Below are positions 1 through 14,572 of a DNA stretch of 64,000 nt, one piece after another. The position numbers and the translations under genes were made by a program. Numbering within the stretch: position 1 is the first letter of the stretch; each line of letters begins with the position of its first letter. The notes under the pieces are model-generated. The model had not been told where the DNA came from. It ran no database searches and was given only the letters and a program-made list of their open reading frames with translations. Source of the DNA: Mobula hypostoma. Its lineage: Eukaryota. The stretch spans positions 1,550,001 through 1,614,000 of the forward strand of contig NC_086123.1 in NCBI RefSeq assembly GCF_963921235.1, given 5' to 3'.

Positions 1-759
1 TACTCTTTTATACCAGAGCCAAAACATTTCAATTAGGTTATTTCTGCAAAAACAGAAAAGACCTTAAAAATCAAAGGTATTTTCCTCATTTACCTAGTTA
101 TGAACATTGATCCAAATTTTAATTTGCCCATACGTCCAAGTATGGAAAGGACTGGACAGTTCTTTGCTGAAGCACTTCCAAACCATATTCTGCAGTCTAT
201 GGTGTTCCAGTACCAGTCACAAGAGAGGACTAGAAGGAATACATGGTTATCAAGGAGAAAAATAGAAGTTATGAGAACCTTATATACTGAGTTGATAAAA
301 CAGCCAGTCAAATGCCGTCTAATACTTGCTCAGCTAATGCAGTACATAACCCAAGAAACCAACAGAAAACAGTGGAAACAGTCATCTGGTCTGTCAGCAT
401 CTGTAGAAAAGAAACTAATGTTTCAAGTTGAAGACCCTTCATCAGAACTGGCAAAGTATGAAAAAACACAAAAGTTTACATTTGCTGAGAGGATGGTAAA
501 GGGGTAAATAAGACAAAGGAAATATTTCTGATAAGGCCAGGCCTTGGAAAGTCAGGGTTAAAATCTGCTCGTCTTTTCATAAGACATTGCCAACTTCTAT
601 AGTGTTTCCAACATTTCATGTTTTATTTCAGATTTCTGCCATTGACAGTTTTATATTTCAATAAATAGCCTAGACCCACCAACATTCAGATTAATCTACC
701 TCCCCTCCAAAAGCAGCCTTACTCCAAATCAATTCAAACCACGCTTGAGGTCTTGTGTG

Positions 760-3560
760 CATAGAGTGAACTGCAGAACACCCTAATGGCTCAGAAAGGA
801 AGGGGATGGGGAGAGAAGAGATGACAGGAGGTTCGTTTGTTAGGGGAATAGAAAGGAGGTTCTATGGACAAGAATGAATTTCCTGGATGGTTTGTCGTCT
901 CCCAGGTCAGCAGCATCTTGGATCGAGTCCTCAGCATTCTCAGCAAGAGGGAGGGTGAGCACGCAGAGATTGTGGTCCACATCAATACCAATGACATGCG
1001 TAGGATGGGTAACAAGGTACTGCAAACTGAGTTCAGGGAGTTAGGTGCTAAAGGATAGGTTATCCAGGATTGTGATCTTAGGATTGCTATCCATGTCTTG
1101 TGCTAGTGAGACCAGAAATAGGAAGATCATACAGTTTAACATGTGGCCAAGGAGTTGTGCAGGAGGGAGGGCTTTAGTTTTGTTTTGGATCCTTGGGCTC
1201 TTTTCAAGGGAAGGTGGAATGTGTACAAAACAGATGGTTTGCACCTGAACTGAGGGAGGGAGCTAATATCCTCGCAGGAAGGTTTGCTAATGCTGCACGG
1301 TGGGGGGGGGGGGGCCGTTGGTGGTGAGGGAAACCGAGTGCCAGAACAGATAGTGAAGAGGTTGTGGAGAAAGATGTTGTTAAGCCTACATACACCGTCA
1401 GGTATCGAAAGGTTGAGCGTGGTGGGGCAAATATTCTGAACCACATATATTTAAATGCAAGGAGTATTGTAGGAAAGGCTGACAAGCTTAGGGCATGGGT
1501 CAGCACATGGAATTACGGCATTGTAGCCATTAATGAGACTTGGTCGCAGGAGGGGAAGGACTAGCAGCTCAGTGTTTCACGGTTCTGTTGTTTTAAACCT
1601 GAGAGAGTGGGAGGGATTAGAGGGGGAGGAGTGGCATTACTAGTCAAGAAAAATAGCACAGCAGTGTTCAGACAGGGCAGACTGGAGAGTGCATTTAGTG
1701 AGGCTTTATGAGTAGAACTGAGGAATAAGAAAGGTATGACTACAATAATAAAGATTATACTATAGACCACCCAACATTCCACAGGATTTAGAGGATCAAA
1801 AACATAGGGTTGTGATAGTAGGTGATTTTAAACTTTCCATATATTGACTGGTACTCCCATACTATAAAAAGACTAGATGGGATAGAGCTTGTCAAATGTG
1901 TTCAGCTAAGTTTCCTTAATCAGTACATAGAAGTCCCAATGACAGAGTGTGAAATACTTTGTCTACTACAAGGAATGAGACAGGGCAGGTGACAGAAGTT
2001 TGTGTAGGGGAATATTTTGCATCTAGTGACCACAATGCCATTAATGTTAAAGTAAATATGCAAAAAGATTGGTCTGGTTTGCAGGTTCAGATTCTAAACT
2101 GGAAAGGCCAATTTAGATGGTATCAGAAAAGACCTGGCAAGTGTGAATTTGGACAGGTTGTCTTCTGGCAAAGACGTACTTAGTAAGTGGGAGGCCTTCA
2201 AAAGTAATATTTTGATAGTACTGTCAAAATAAAAGGCAAGGATAACAGATTTAGGGAACATTGGCTTGAGAGATATTGAGGCCCTGGTTGAGAAAAAGGA
2301 GGTGCATAGCAGGTACTTGAGGAGAAGAAGAAATGCAAGAGAACACTTGAGGAAATCAGGAGAGCTAAAAGAAAACATGAGGTTGCTCCAGCAGACAAGT
2401 TGAAGGAGAATCCTAAAGGCTTCTACAGATATATTAAGAACAGATGGACAGTAAGGGACAAAATCGGTGCTTTGGAAGATCAGAGTGATAATCTATGTGT
2501 GGAGCCAAAATAGATGTGCGTGATCTTAAATTGATTTTTTGCATTCTATATTTACTCTGGAAATGGACACAAAGTCTATTGATGTGAGGCAATCGCAGTG
2601 GTGAGGTCATGGACCCTATACAGATTTCAGAGAGGTGTCTGCTGTCTCCAGACAAATTAGGGTGGATAAATCCACAAGGCCTGACAATGTGTCTCCCCAA
2701 GACCCTGTAGAAGACTAGTGCAGAAATTTAAAACCTCCTTAGCCACAGGTGGGATGCTGGAGGATAATGTTGTTCAGTTGCTTAAGAAAAGCTCCAAGAA
2801 TAAGCCAGGAAATTATTGGCCAGTGAGCCTGACATCAATTGTGGGAAAGTTATTGGAAAGTATTCTAAAAGACTGAGTATACAAGTACTTGAAAAGACAG
2901 GGACTGATTAGGGATAGTCAACATGGCTTTATGCATGGCAAGTCATGTTTAACCAATCATATAGTATTTTATGAGGAAATTACCAGAAAAGTTGATGGAG
3001 GCAAGGCAGTAAATGTTGTCTACATGGGCTTGAGCAAGGCCTTTGACAAAGTCCTGTATGGGAGGTCGGTCAAGTAGGTTCAGTCACTTGTCATTCAAGA
3101 TGAGATAGTAAATTGGATTGGACATTGGCTTCGTGGAAGAAGCCAGAGAGTTGTAGGTCGTTGCCCCTCTGACTGTTAGTTGGATGGGAGATTTGATACA
3201 GGTATACAAAATTATGAGGGGTATAGATTGGGTAAATACAAGTAGGCTTTTTCCATTGAGATTGAGTGAGACTAGAACTAAAGGTCATGGATTAAGTGTG
3301 GAAGTTGAAATGTTTAAGGTAACATGAGGGGAAACCACCTCACTCAGAGGATGGTGAGAATGTGGAATAAGCTCTCAGCGCAAATGGTGGATGCAGGGCC
3401 GATTTCAACATTTAAGAAAAATTTGGAGAGGTACATGGATGGGAGGTGTATGAAGGGCTATGGTCCCAGTGCAGGTCAATGGAACTAGGCAAATTGATAG
3501 TTTGGCATGGACTAAATGGGCTGAAGGCTCAGTGTCTGTGCTGTAGGGTTCTATGAATCT
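760..3560 (+). mobile_element. Decayed CR1 LINE (ORF1 SGNH-esterase-like remnant, ORF2 APE and RT, internally deleted, 3' tail)
   Basis: IYLNARSIVGKADKLRAW..VAINETW, SDHN, SQHGFMHGKSCLTN..KAFDKV; many stops and frameshifts; boundaries approximate. Confidence 0.9.
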
Positions 3561-4367
3561 AACCACAAATCTCAGCAAGGTTAAGGATTTTAAGGATCTT
3601 AGTGCCAACAGTGTAATCTTTGAGTTTTTTTAGAAGAACAAATGCTAACATTAGGCACCCCAGGTACCAGAAGTCATGGCACTATTTGTTCTGGGTTCTT
3701 TGGCCCACCAACTATACAATTTATAGTTCCACCTCTGAGCAAATCTGCTAACTCCATTCGACCTAAACCAAAACCAGTGAGATAATGTTCTGGTTTTACT
3801 AAAACAGGAACAATATTCAGATTAACCAAGTTTAAATAGTATTCTCTTCCTAGAAGAGGAAATTTCATCATCTTGGGGTTATATTTGTTTTTAACTTCCT
3901 TTAATTACCTTAAAGCTTGGTATGCAAAGGCGTTCATAAACACAGATTTTCATAACATGGTGCAAATCATAAATTACCTTTCGATCAACTATTGCACTTG
4001 ACCTTTATCTAATACTCAAAAATCTCTGCTTTTCAAGAAAAAAAACCCTGTACATTAGTTTTACTGTTCCATTATAAGAATTTTAGGCAAAGAACAGAAT
4101 GGTGCTGGGTCCTCAGCAGCAGATTCCATCTCTCTTACAAAGATTACTCCAAATGTTTTAATGATAAATCCACTGTCCTTGCAATTTAACTTAATTAAAA
4201 TTTTACTTCATAATATTGCAATGCTGGCAGACACCAACATGATAAAAATGCTTGATGCCAGCAATTCTATTCAGATTGGTAAAAGCACCTTCTTCAGAAA
4301 ATGGCTAGTTAACATTTTAAGGCAGCTTTGGCCAAGTTATACAACTTAAACCTAGATGTCAAAGTAC

Positions 4368-4897
4368 TCAGAAATCAACCACTCTTAACTTCTTCTTCTC
4401 TGCCTCAGTGAGTGGTTCCTTGTTTAGAAGTCGGCTATGCAGTTTTGCATGCTTGCCAATACCAAGTTTGGGAAGCCCACGGTTCAGTCCCTCCAAAAGA
4501 ACACAAGCCTTGCAGAGCCCCTGACTAGAAATGTAACCACAGCGCACACAGGTGCCTTGCTTGGGCATCTTCACATCCTCTTTCACAGACAGGTTTTCAC
4601 CAGAGTGAATCACATCCATAATAGCACTTGGTCGGATTGATTCCAGGTCTTTCAGGAAAGTACGGGCATAGCCCCGATATGCATTAGGAGAATACACACA
4701 TTCAGTGGAGAAGTAGTCCAGTTTCTTGAAGTAAGCATACAGCACAATCTCTTTCTCATAAGCATATTTCAGTGGTTTGCAACGAGGAATTGCCCCTTCA
4801 CTACCTGTAGTAATCGCAGTACAGCGACGTAGGCGAGCAATATCTCCTCGCAGGAAATTCATCAAGACTGTCTCAGCAATATCATCTGCGTTGTGAC
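4368..4897 (-). CDS. CTU1: Cytoplasmic tRNA 2-thiolation protein 1, last coding exon (join 6322..5827, 4897..4368; 341 aa)
   Basis: Translation (G)[18 protein letters not shown]...[20 protein letters not shown]...[33 protein letters not shown] matches CTU1/Ncs6; CAG acceptor, phase 1 matches upstream exon; TGA at 4370-4368. Confidence 0.97.
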
Positions 4898-5826
4898 CTG
4901 GGTGTGAAGGGAATAAAAGGGTTATCTTCAACACACAGGCATGCTTGTTACTGAATGAATGTGCACGTCAGAAGTTCACAGGCTCATCCTTGAATTAAGA
5001 CCAGCCAGACAACCAAATTATCACATTAACAAGGCAGGTTATGTAGAACTTAGGGAAAGCAGTGTTGGTGCAAAACATTGAATTAGCTGAGGATTGCCAG
5101 ATTAATTGAATGTGTCCAAAATCATTTAAAAAATTCTCAAAAGCCTATTTGCTCAAATAACTTTTGTTGTGGCTATGTTAAAAGTTAACTGTGGAAAAAC
5201 TTCATTAACCTTTGACAATTTTCTAAGTCTGTCCATTAATGCATAAACACTTACAAAGCTTTATATTATTCCTATTTATTCTTATAACACTATTTTCTCT
5301 AATCCAGATTTAATCCTTGTTCAATATCATGAATGATTTTCCAAAGTAAATCAAGTGCAAGATACCATTGTTAATCAATGGTCATTGGGTGTTGGATTTA
5401 TACCAAAAAGCTTCTGAACAGCTGGTTTCCATCCACTTATGTGGGGAAGGAGTAAGCAAAGTGCAAGACAAAGGATGAGAATGATTTTTCCAATGAGCTT
5501 GGGAGTAAATCAAATAACTCTACACATTGAGTAGCTAGCATAAAATGAAAACCAGCAGAAATGTAGCTGATTATATTAAGAACAATAAGTCTGAACTAAT
5601 AACAAAATATAAATGCTTTGGAACACTGATGGAGGAGAAAATGTATGCTAAGTCAATTATTCTGGGCTGAATCTTCTGAACAGAGAAGTGGATTTGATCA
5701 AAACATTTGAGAGGTAGAGATGGGTGAAATATTGCATTTCTTTTACGGTGAATATTTTGAAGTCATTTACAATGTATGTAAGTTTGTATGAATAGGCTGA
5801 GGTAAATATAGTTAGTTTTGCATTAC

Positions 5827-6322
5827 CTGTGCAGACCTTGTCCACTTTTAGCATCATGGCACCACGATCAAGTGCTTGCCGTCTGAAGACCCCGCAGAAT
5901 GTGCAGTTGTTCTTTAAACCAACTTTCTTCACAATCTGATCCATTGTCCAGCCATATAGCTCTTCATAGGAAATAATCTTGAGTGGCAGATCATACTGTT
6001 GTTGGTTTCTCTTTACCGTCTCTAAGGAGTCATCACGATAGCCACTAATACCTTCGTCCACAGAAAGCAACATCAGATTTAACCCATAATTATATCGATC
6101 ATTTAAGACTTTCAAAATATGAGCCAAAACAGTTGAGTCTTTCCCACCAGAAGCCCCAATTCCAATAGTCTCTCCCTTCTGGAAAAGCTTTGCAGATATG
6201 ATTGTTTGATGAATCTCCTCTTCAAAAGCCCAGAAAAAGCATTCTTTGCAAAGAGAATGTCCTGTTTTGGGACGCCTAAGGACTGCTGCCTTCTTTCCAC
6301 AACTGTTGCAGTAAACAGGCAT
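5827..6322 (-). CDS. CTU1: CTU1 first coding exon (exon begins at 6334, ATG at 6322)
   Basis: [23 protein letters not shown]-loop [36 protein letters not shown]; polypyrimidine/TTTCAG acceptor and GTAATG donor; 496+530 nt = 342 codons including stop. Confidence 0.97.
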
Positions 6323-9300
6323 GTTGAAGCTGATCTGAAAGAACAAAAAAAAACTTATCAAAGTAAAATGGAGGTGGATTGCAAACACAATCATTTCCCA
6401 TTCTATTACCAGCATTATTTTTATTGCAGACTATAATAACTAAAGTGATACAAATCTGGATTGTGGTCCCAGTATTCTTTAAACTTCAGATTAAGGAAAA
6501 GGCTAGGAAACCAAACAAAACAATTTATCCATTTTTGCATTTTGATCCAAGAAAAACCAAAAGAGGCTTGCTTTCCAAAATTTTGGACTAAAATTTGATT
6601 TGTTTGATATGGTGATCACTTTCGTGAATCAGTTCTGAATGTTATTTGCTTACTTTTATGTTTCTTTCCCTACATATTGGGTATTTGAGTTTTCTTTTCA
6701 TAATGGGTTTTGTTGGGTTTCTTTATTCTATATATATATATATCTATATTTCCTATATTCAGTTTGTCCTATCTACCCCTCCCCCACTCTCCCTGCAATT
6801 TAAAACTGATTTATTTTCTCTTTTCACAGTTCTGACCAAGGGCCTTTGATCTGAAATGTTAACTTGATTTTTCTTTCCAAAGATACTGTCTGGTCTGCTC
6901 AGTTTCTAGTTTTTCTTTATTTCCTCAAAACCACCGCCACTCAAAAGCACAACCCTAATGTGTGGGCATTTTAATATTCAGTATTTTTATGAATGAACTA
7001 CACAACCAATTAAACGACATAATCTAGACCCTAATCATAACTTTTTGTAAGAAACTGATTTTACTGGAAAATCTGTCAGGAAAACTGAGCTCTAAAAATC
7101 ACAAAAATCATCAGATCTAAATGGCATAACAATTGGTATCAAAATGAAAAGAAATGCATTTCTAATCAACACTACAAGAAATCCCATTTTACCATTGGCA
7201 ACCAACAATCCTAGATGCTGCAGAGAGCAGCAATAACATATAGAAATATATTAAAAAATCAAAACACATAACCTACAACATTGACTAGTTTTTGACAACT
7301 TCAGAATCAGGTTTATTATCATTGGCATGTGTCATGAAATTTGTTAATTTAGCAGCAGCAGTACAATGTAATACTTAATAATAGTGAGAAAAAGTAAAAG
7401 TATATACATCTATATGAATAGATTAAAATAGTGCAAAAACAGAAATAATATATATTTAAAAAGTAAGGTAGTGTTCAAGGGCTCAATGTCCACTTTAGGA
7501 ATCGTACAGCAGAGGGAAAGAAGCTGTTCAGAATTGCTGAGTGTGTGCCTCCTTCACGACTGTAACAATGAGAAGAGGGCCTGCTCTGGGTGTTGGGGAT
7601 CTTTAATAATGGATGTCTCTGAGGCACCACTCCTTGAAGAGATCTTGGATAACCAATCGATCAAAAACCAAAACAATACTGGAAGCAGCTAAAATATGTA
7701 AAATATTTTTTTAAAATATTAATTGCTTCCAAGCTTTCTCCCTGACATGCTCATTACTTTCAGCATTTTCTGCTTATGTCATTGAATCTTTAGTCAAGGC
7801 TACGATGCCCATCAAATCCTGCAAAGTGTTTATTAATATTAAAGGGATATGAGAAAATGGGAAAACACTTTAGATTAAGGTTACTACTCAAATTCTGTCT
7901 CAATTTGTGATATTATAATGAAATGATTATAGACTAAGGAATAGACTAGTAGTGAATACTTCTAATGGAAGCAGTTTTCTTGCAAATCACATTTTAAAAT
8001 ATACTTTACTGGGATAAATTTGCATTTTTCATATTAAAAGATGAGGACAGCTATGCAATTGATACAAAGAGGAAATGATCCTCTGATTTGCAATTCACTA
8101 TCAGTGCTCATCCTTGGGATGAGTATAATAAATAAACGAGGAACCTTGGCATATGCTCCATATTACGGGCACCAAAACTCATGCTCAAAAATTCCTAACT
8201 TGATTTACACACTAAATTCAACATTTATTGTTATATGCTGGGGATATACAACAGCATGAAATTCCAAAGATCCACAAACCTCAGAACGAATTCCTTTTTG
8301 CCTCCATTATATAAGCAATTTGTTATGTTGAAACTACACTCCTTACTTCTTGGTTCCTCTACGAGGGGAAACACTGTCAGCACCTGTCAAACAGAATCTT
8401 ATTGTTTCAATAAGATCACTTCTTGTTTTTCTTGACTCCATTAAGTGTAAACCTAATCTGTTCCAGCTTTCTGCTCAATTCAACCCATGCACTCCAGAAA
8501 TCAACCATAAACTTTTAAAAGTGCCTTCAGTAAGAGTATAAATCTCTACATAGAGTCTATGTGTAGTCTCATCAATGTACAGAGCAAACATCCTCAGTTT
8601 CAAACTCCATGTTACAATAAGCGCCAACATTACATTTTGCCATCTGAACTTTGTGCTTCTTATACAAATAAAGTCACTGATGTCTTTCTGTAAACGTTTT
8701 ACAATCTCTCTCTATTTAAACAAAATTATATTTTACTTTTCTTATTCTTCCTTCCAAAGTAAGTACTTGTATTTTCCTGTATTACATTCTATCTGCCTAC
8801 TCTTTGCCAACACTAACCAAATATTCCCTCTGTATCCTTAATTTGCATTCCTATCTATCTTTATATCATCAGCAAATATGGCTTTAATACACTTGGTCTC
8901 TTCTACCATCATTAATATAAATTGTAAATACTCAACGTGGATTATAACTACCCAACTCTACTTTGTCAATTTGCTAACCCTCCATTATCCTATCTTGTGT
9001 CATAACCAACTTCTTATTTTTGAAGTGTTCTAAATTCAGCCCAAGTTTCTCTTTAAATACAGATGGAACATTTTTTTCCTGAGATCGTGAGTCTTTGCAA
9101 CTTGCTTCCGCAAAAGGTGAAGGAAGCAGAACCTCTGCCTCATTTTGAAAGAGATTAACGATAAGCAAGGTGATGAAAAGTTGCTATGGATGGACAGGAT
9201 GCGAATTGATGTTACAAAGAGATCATTAAACGAGGAAGCAGACAGAGCCCTGTTTTTAATTTGTACATGTTTGTACAAGCTTCAACAAAATTTATCAGAA

Positions 9301-9939
9301 ACCATTCCTTTCCATGAAAGCACTACTTCACTGTACTATAATTTTCTAAAATACCCCACTATCACTTTTTTTAAAATAATGAATTTCAACATTTACCCTA
9401 TTACAATGCCAAGCTAGGTGGTCTATAGTTTCTTGCTCTCTATCCTTTTTACTTCATTATTCATGAGTGCTTACATTCACAATTTTCCAATTCATTCAAA
9501 CTTTGAGGATTGGAAGATCATGACAATTGCATCTACCATCTCCAAAGCCATTAATGCCCAAGGACGTGGGTCACTGGTTCGGAAGGCCTCACCCCATTAC
9601 TTTTATATTTTTATCTTTCAATCCTATTACCCTTTACAGTAATGATAGTGATTTTATTTATTTATTGAGATACAACACAGAATAGGCCCTTCAAGCTGTG
9701 GCATCCAGCATTCCCCCCATTTAACCGAGCTCAGTGATTTCCCAATGGGGGCAGCACCCTCCCCCCACCAAGGGGGCATTAGGGGAAATAGAAGTCTTTG
9801 GGGTGTGTTCAATATTCTTGGGGGTCAGGGAGGGTGGGTGGTAAGCAGTACCCTAACTGAGGCATGAGACCTGGCTGACCATTAGTACAGCAGGCACTTC
9901 CCCAAAATAATAGAGGAAGAGCCCACTGGAACACAGAAA

Positions 9940-10470
9940 GAACCATAGCCTCCTCTACTGTCAAGCTGAAGCCACGTTCAGGTTGGAGGAACACCTTATA
10001 TTCTGTCTGGGTAGCCTCCAACCTGATGGCATGAACATTGACTTCTCTAACTTCCGCTAATGCCCCACCTCCCCTTGTACCCCATCTGTTATTTATTTTA
10101 TTATTATTAATAATTTTTTTTTCTCCCTCTGTCCCTCTCACCATACTCCTTGCCCATCCTCTGGGCTTCCCTCCTCCCCCTTTCTTTCTCTCTAGGCCTC
10201 CTGTCCCATGATCCTCTCATATCCCCTTTGCCAATCTACTTTCCAGCTCTTAGCTTCATCCCTCCCCTTCCTGTCTTCTCCTATCATTTCGGACCTCCCC
10301 CTCCCACTTTCAAATCTTTTACTATCTCTTCTTTCAGTTAGTCCTGACGAAGGGTCTCGGCCCAAAACATCGACTGTACCTCTTCCAATAGATGCTGCCT
10401 GGCCTGTTGCGTTCACCAGCAATTTTTATGTGTGTTGCTTGAAATTCCAGCATCTGCAGTTTTCCTCGTC
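9940..10470 (+). mobile_element. Penelope-like element 3' end (GIY-YIG C-terminus plus pLTR with degenerate hammerhead)
   Basis: LEEHLIFCLGSLQPDGMNIDFSNFR-stop, pyrimidine-rich UTR, GTCCTGACGAAGGGTCTCGGCCCAAAACATCGAC at 10341-10374. Confidence 0.8.
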
Positions 10471-12220
10471 TCTACAGGCGGTGAGCACTCGTTGTTAAAT
10501 GCACCTGAAACTCAGCAATCTCATCTGACCTTACCAACCAATAGACAACCAGGGTGCTCAACAGTTCCCATCACTCGTGCAAAGAACGAGTTCATGCAAT
10601 TTAACAGTTGGTAAGTTGATTACACACTCGCAACAGATCTACAGAAAACAGGTCATACAATAATACAGTGCTGGTCAGAACCAAATGGAGGAACACAGCC
10701 AGTGAACCTGCCAACCCCGAGATTCCTCTTCAGGTGTTCAAAGTGACCTTGGCTTCACATCTGCAGTCAGGAACCATCTTTGGGGATTATGAGACCTTAC
10801 ATGATTGGTCAATCACACTAATTGGAATAGTATAAAGGCAGCTTGCTGAACACCAGCTCTATTCCAATCTGAATCCTTGTCAACATAATTTTTGCTGTTA
10901 TGATAGTCTTCATCTTTGCCTCGCTTTTCCTTTGCGTGCCACTACCATTGTACAATCCACGTCAACTTGCTACTGTCGTCAACATCCGATAGGCATTCCC
11001 AGTTTGTGTTAATTTTTAAATTTAATTTAGCTCTGTTAATGATGGATAAGTATGTATGCCGCGATCTCTGTGAGCCTGAAGGCAGTGAAGCCTAGAATTC
11101 TAATCTTGCTAAGGAAAAGAAACTACAGAAAGTGCATAAATACAACGTTACACACCTGGAGTATGGTTTTATTCTGTTCCTGTCAGATCAGCAATGCCCC
11201 ATGTTTCTTATTTGTAATACTGTACTGTCTAAAACTATCAAGATTGCAGGAACACTTCCGTAAAAGACACCCTGAAAAGACTACTCATGGTATTATTCAG
11301 CTCCAGAAGATGAAAGGAGCATTTGAATAGTATTGCACATTTGAGTCATTTGCCAAGAAAGCTAAAAAAAAGACCTTGATAGTGGTCTCACTGCTTCCTA
11401 TAATATTTCCAAAATGATAGCAAATTGTGGAAATCTCATACAATTGGCGAAAGATTAATAATGCCTGCTGTATCAGAAGTGCTCAACACTGTTCTCATAA
11501 TGGATATCAGTACTTTAAAAATCAATTCCTCTGAGTAATAACTCTACAGCTGGTCATATTGATGAAATGAATGAAGACATTGAGTATTAACTATGCACAG
11601 AGCCACAAAAAACAGAATTTGGGATACAACTGGATGAGTCAACTATGCGAGATGAAGTAGTGCTAATGGCATATGTATGGTTTATCAAAAACAGAAAAGT
11701 TATGAAGAGGTTCCCTTTTGTAAAAAGCTAAAAACAGATATTAACGGAGAATCGATTTATGACAAGCTTAAAATGTCCTATGTTGAGGATAAAAGTATTC
11801 TGATTAGGAACGTGATTTCTCATGCAACAGATGGCGCACCATATATTGCAAGTCACCATACTGATTTAGTGGAATTTCTTTTTTCCATAAATGCCAAGAC
11901 TGTTTGCAATCCATTGTGTAATTCATCGTCAACATCTTGCTGCCAAAAACTACAGCCAGAGACTTTTTTTTCAAGCATGACTTGTAATATCTATCAACAA
12001 AATTAAAGCAATTCCAGTAAAGAGCAGATTATTTTGTCAGTTATGCCAAGGTAATGACGAAGAATGTGAACAGTTGATGATTTGACAGCAGCTGTCAAAA
12101 GGCTGCTGCTTAAAACATTTATTTGATCTTTAGACACAGTGGGTGAAGTTTTGCTCGAAGTCAACAAGAGCTTGGGAAACAAGATTGAACTTCTACATGG
12201 AGATGTGGTATACCTAGCCC

Positions 12221-13430
12221 CAGGGGTCCCCAACCATTTTTGCATTGTGGACCGGTTTATTATTGACAATATTCTTGGACCGGCCGATCGGGCGGGGGGG
12301 GGGGGGGGCGTGTAGGGTTGCCAACGAACAAGAGTAGCTGTCAAATATATTGGGTTTACCCAAAGAATGACTACAATGACCATGAAGCCTTGCACGGGCA
12401 CCAGTGCACATGCGTGACTTGTGCATGTGTGTACGTGCCCATTTTTTTCTACAACTCGTCTTTTGTGATTCTGTTCGGGGGGGGGGGGGGTGCTGTTAAT
12501 CACAACCGGAATATAGGTGATAAGTGGCTAATACACTTCAATTTCATTCCTAAAAGGGTTTATCTAACGAATTTAATATTAAACACACAGCACATATTTT
12601 CCTCGCATGAACATAGTGATAAGTCAATTATCAGGGGAGGACAGGGGAGCTTGAAGTAAGTGTTGAACAAACTTCCAGTAGAAGTGGCAGAAGCAGGTTC
12701 GATATTATTATTTAAAGAAAAATTGGATAGGTATATGGACAGGAAAGGAATGGAGGGTTATGGGCTGAGTGCAGGTCGGTGGGACTAGGTGAGAGTAGCA
12801 TTCGGCACGGACTAGAAGGGCTGCGATGGCCTGTTTCTGTGCTGTAATTGTTATATGGTTATATAAGTAAGCAATAGCAGCATAACATTTTAAGTAACGT
12901 TTGGATATTAAACTCACAGCACATATTTTCGCCGTATGAACATATAAAATCATTGCAACGCACCAATATCGCTGAATCAGTGGGAGCCCTGGGCTTGTTT
13001 TCCTGCAACAAGATGGTTCTATCGAGGGGTGACGGGAGACAGTGATACTCGAAGGGGGTTGCATACGTCCAGTCTATTCTGCAATTTAGTTTTCGTTGCA
13101 TTCATTGCAGAGATATGTTGGAAATGGAAACAACGTTTTCAGTGCTTTTGCGGCTATCTCAGGATATTCAGCCTTGACTGCGATCCAGAATACCGGCAGA
13201 GATGTTATGTCAAACATACTTTTCAGCCCGCCGTCATTTGCAAGCTCGAGGAGTTGATCTCCTTCCCACGCTGATATGGATGACGTGCGGGTAATGGCTT
13301 GCGTGTGTTCAAGCTCAACAGGGTGTGACAGGGAGTGAGGAAAGGTGCAGCTGACTCATATCACCAAATCATATCGTTTCCTCGCGGCCCGGTAGCGCAT
13401 GCTTTGCAGCCCGGTAGTTGGGGACCGCTG
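12221..13430. mobile_element. Non-autonomous hAT (Charlie-type) element containing a CR1 3' fragment (~12650-12860)
   Basis: TIRs CAGGGGTCCCCAAC / GTTGGGGACCGCTG; 8-bp TSD ACCTAGCC at 12212-12219 and 13431-13438 with central TA. Confidence 0.85.
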
Positions 13431-14317
13431 ACCTAGCCTATCTATACGACAAAGTGAACATTCTAAATATGAAACCGCAAGATGAGAATTTCAATTTAAT
13501 CCAGACAAAAAGTGCAGTGTCCACTTTTATCAGAAAATTGGAAATATATAAGCAAAACATTAGGAGAAGAATATATTCATTGCATAGAAAGTATGGCATT
13601 CTTTCACAGATGGTGATTTGCAAGAGTGCTGCTTACACCTGCTATCACTGAAGGATTTTCAGAATCGATTCAAGGATTTGAATGATCTCGAAATTCTGGA
13701 CTGGGTAACTACCCCATTTCTTTGCAAGGTAGAAGAACAAGAAGAGAGCTTGCAAGAAATAATTATCAAAAATGCTTTTCAAAAATGTTGGCTTTTGTGG
13801 TATGTGGCTACATTGTCTTACAAAGCTTCCTGGTCTTTAGAGAAGAGCCAAATTGCTCTTCATTGCATTTCCATTCTCCTACCTTGTCGAAAAAGGCTTC
13901 AGTGCAGTGAATCACATACTCACAAAAAACAGAAACTGCTTGGACATTGTTACATGTGAGGACTTAAGGCTTTTGCTGTCACAACTTAAACCAGATATTT
14001 CAACTCTTGCTAAAATCCATCAAGCTTAAGGATCATAATGATATTGAAGCTGCTGTACAGCGTTCAGGTACTGTGTAAGCCAGTTTAAAGACAAATAAAA
14101 ATTTAAAGCAGGATCATTTTTATCATGTTAGCATATCGTAGACATACTTTTACACAATGGGAGCACTGGAAAGTATATTGTGCCTAAGAGGGGCATTGGC
14201 AATATGAAGGTGCTTTAGGGGGCATTGGGCTAAAAAAGATTGGGAAACACTTAATCATGGGACAATTTACAATGACCAATTAACCTACAAACTGTTAAGT
14301 CTTCGTTGTTTTAAATT

Positions 14318-14572
14318 ACCCTCTAGACTGTAGCCCTTCATACCCTCCCAGACTGTAGCCTTCATACCCTCCTAGACTGTAGCCCTTCATGCCCCTCCTA
14401 GACTGTAGCCTTCATGCCCCTCCTAGACCGTAGCCCTTCATGCCCCTCCTAGACTGTAGCCTTCATGCCCCTCCTAGACTGTAGCCCTCATACCCTCCTA
14501 GACTGTAGCGTTCATACCCTCCTAGACTGTAGCCTTCATACCCTCCGAGACTGTAGCCCTTCATGCCCCTCC
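14318..14572. repeat. Minisatellite, ~10 copies of 24-25-bp CCCTCCTAGACTGTAGCCCTTCAT(A/G)
   Basis: Directly visible tandem units running into a - strand CR1 3' fragment. Confidence 0.9.

Larger units (their letters stand above)
9732..14251 (+). mobile_element. Decayed hAT (Buster/Charlie-type) transposon inserted in a SINE and carrying nested insertions
   Basis: Termini CAGTGATTTCCCAA / TTGGGAAACACT; transposase remnants MDKY.., ATDGAP, LAYL..LN; flanks rejoin into the SINE also seen at ~56790-56960. Confidence 0.8.

Noticed and set aside
90-507. 135-aa ORF and the many other short ORF-track entries
   Set aside because: No recognisable domain or splice support; most overlap decayed repeats
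5657-6415. 252-aa ORF-track call as full CTU1
   Set aside because: Both ends run into introns; true exon limits are set by splice sites
14318-14572. CRISPR-like repeat array
   Set aside because: No unique spacers, and eukaryotic context
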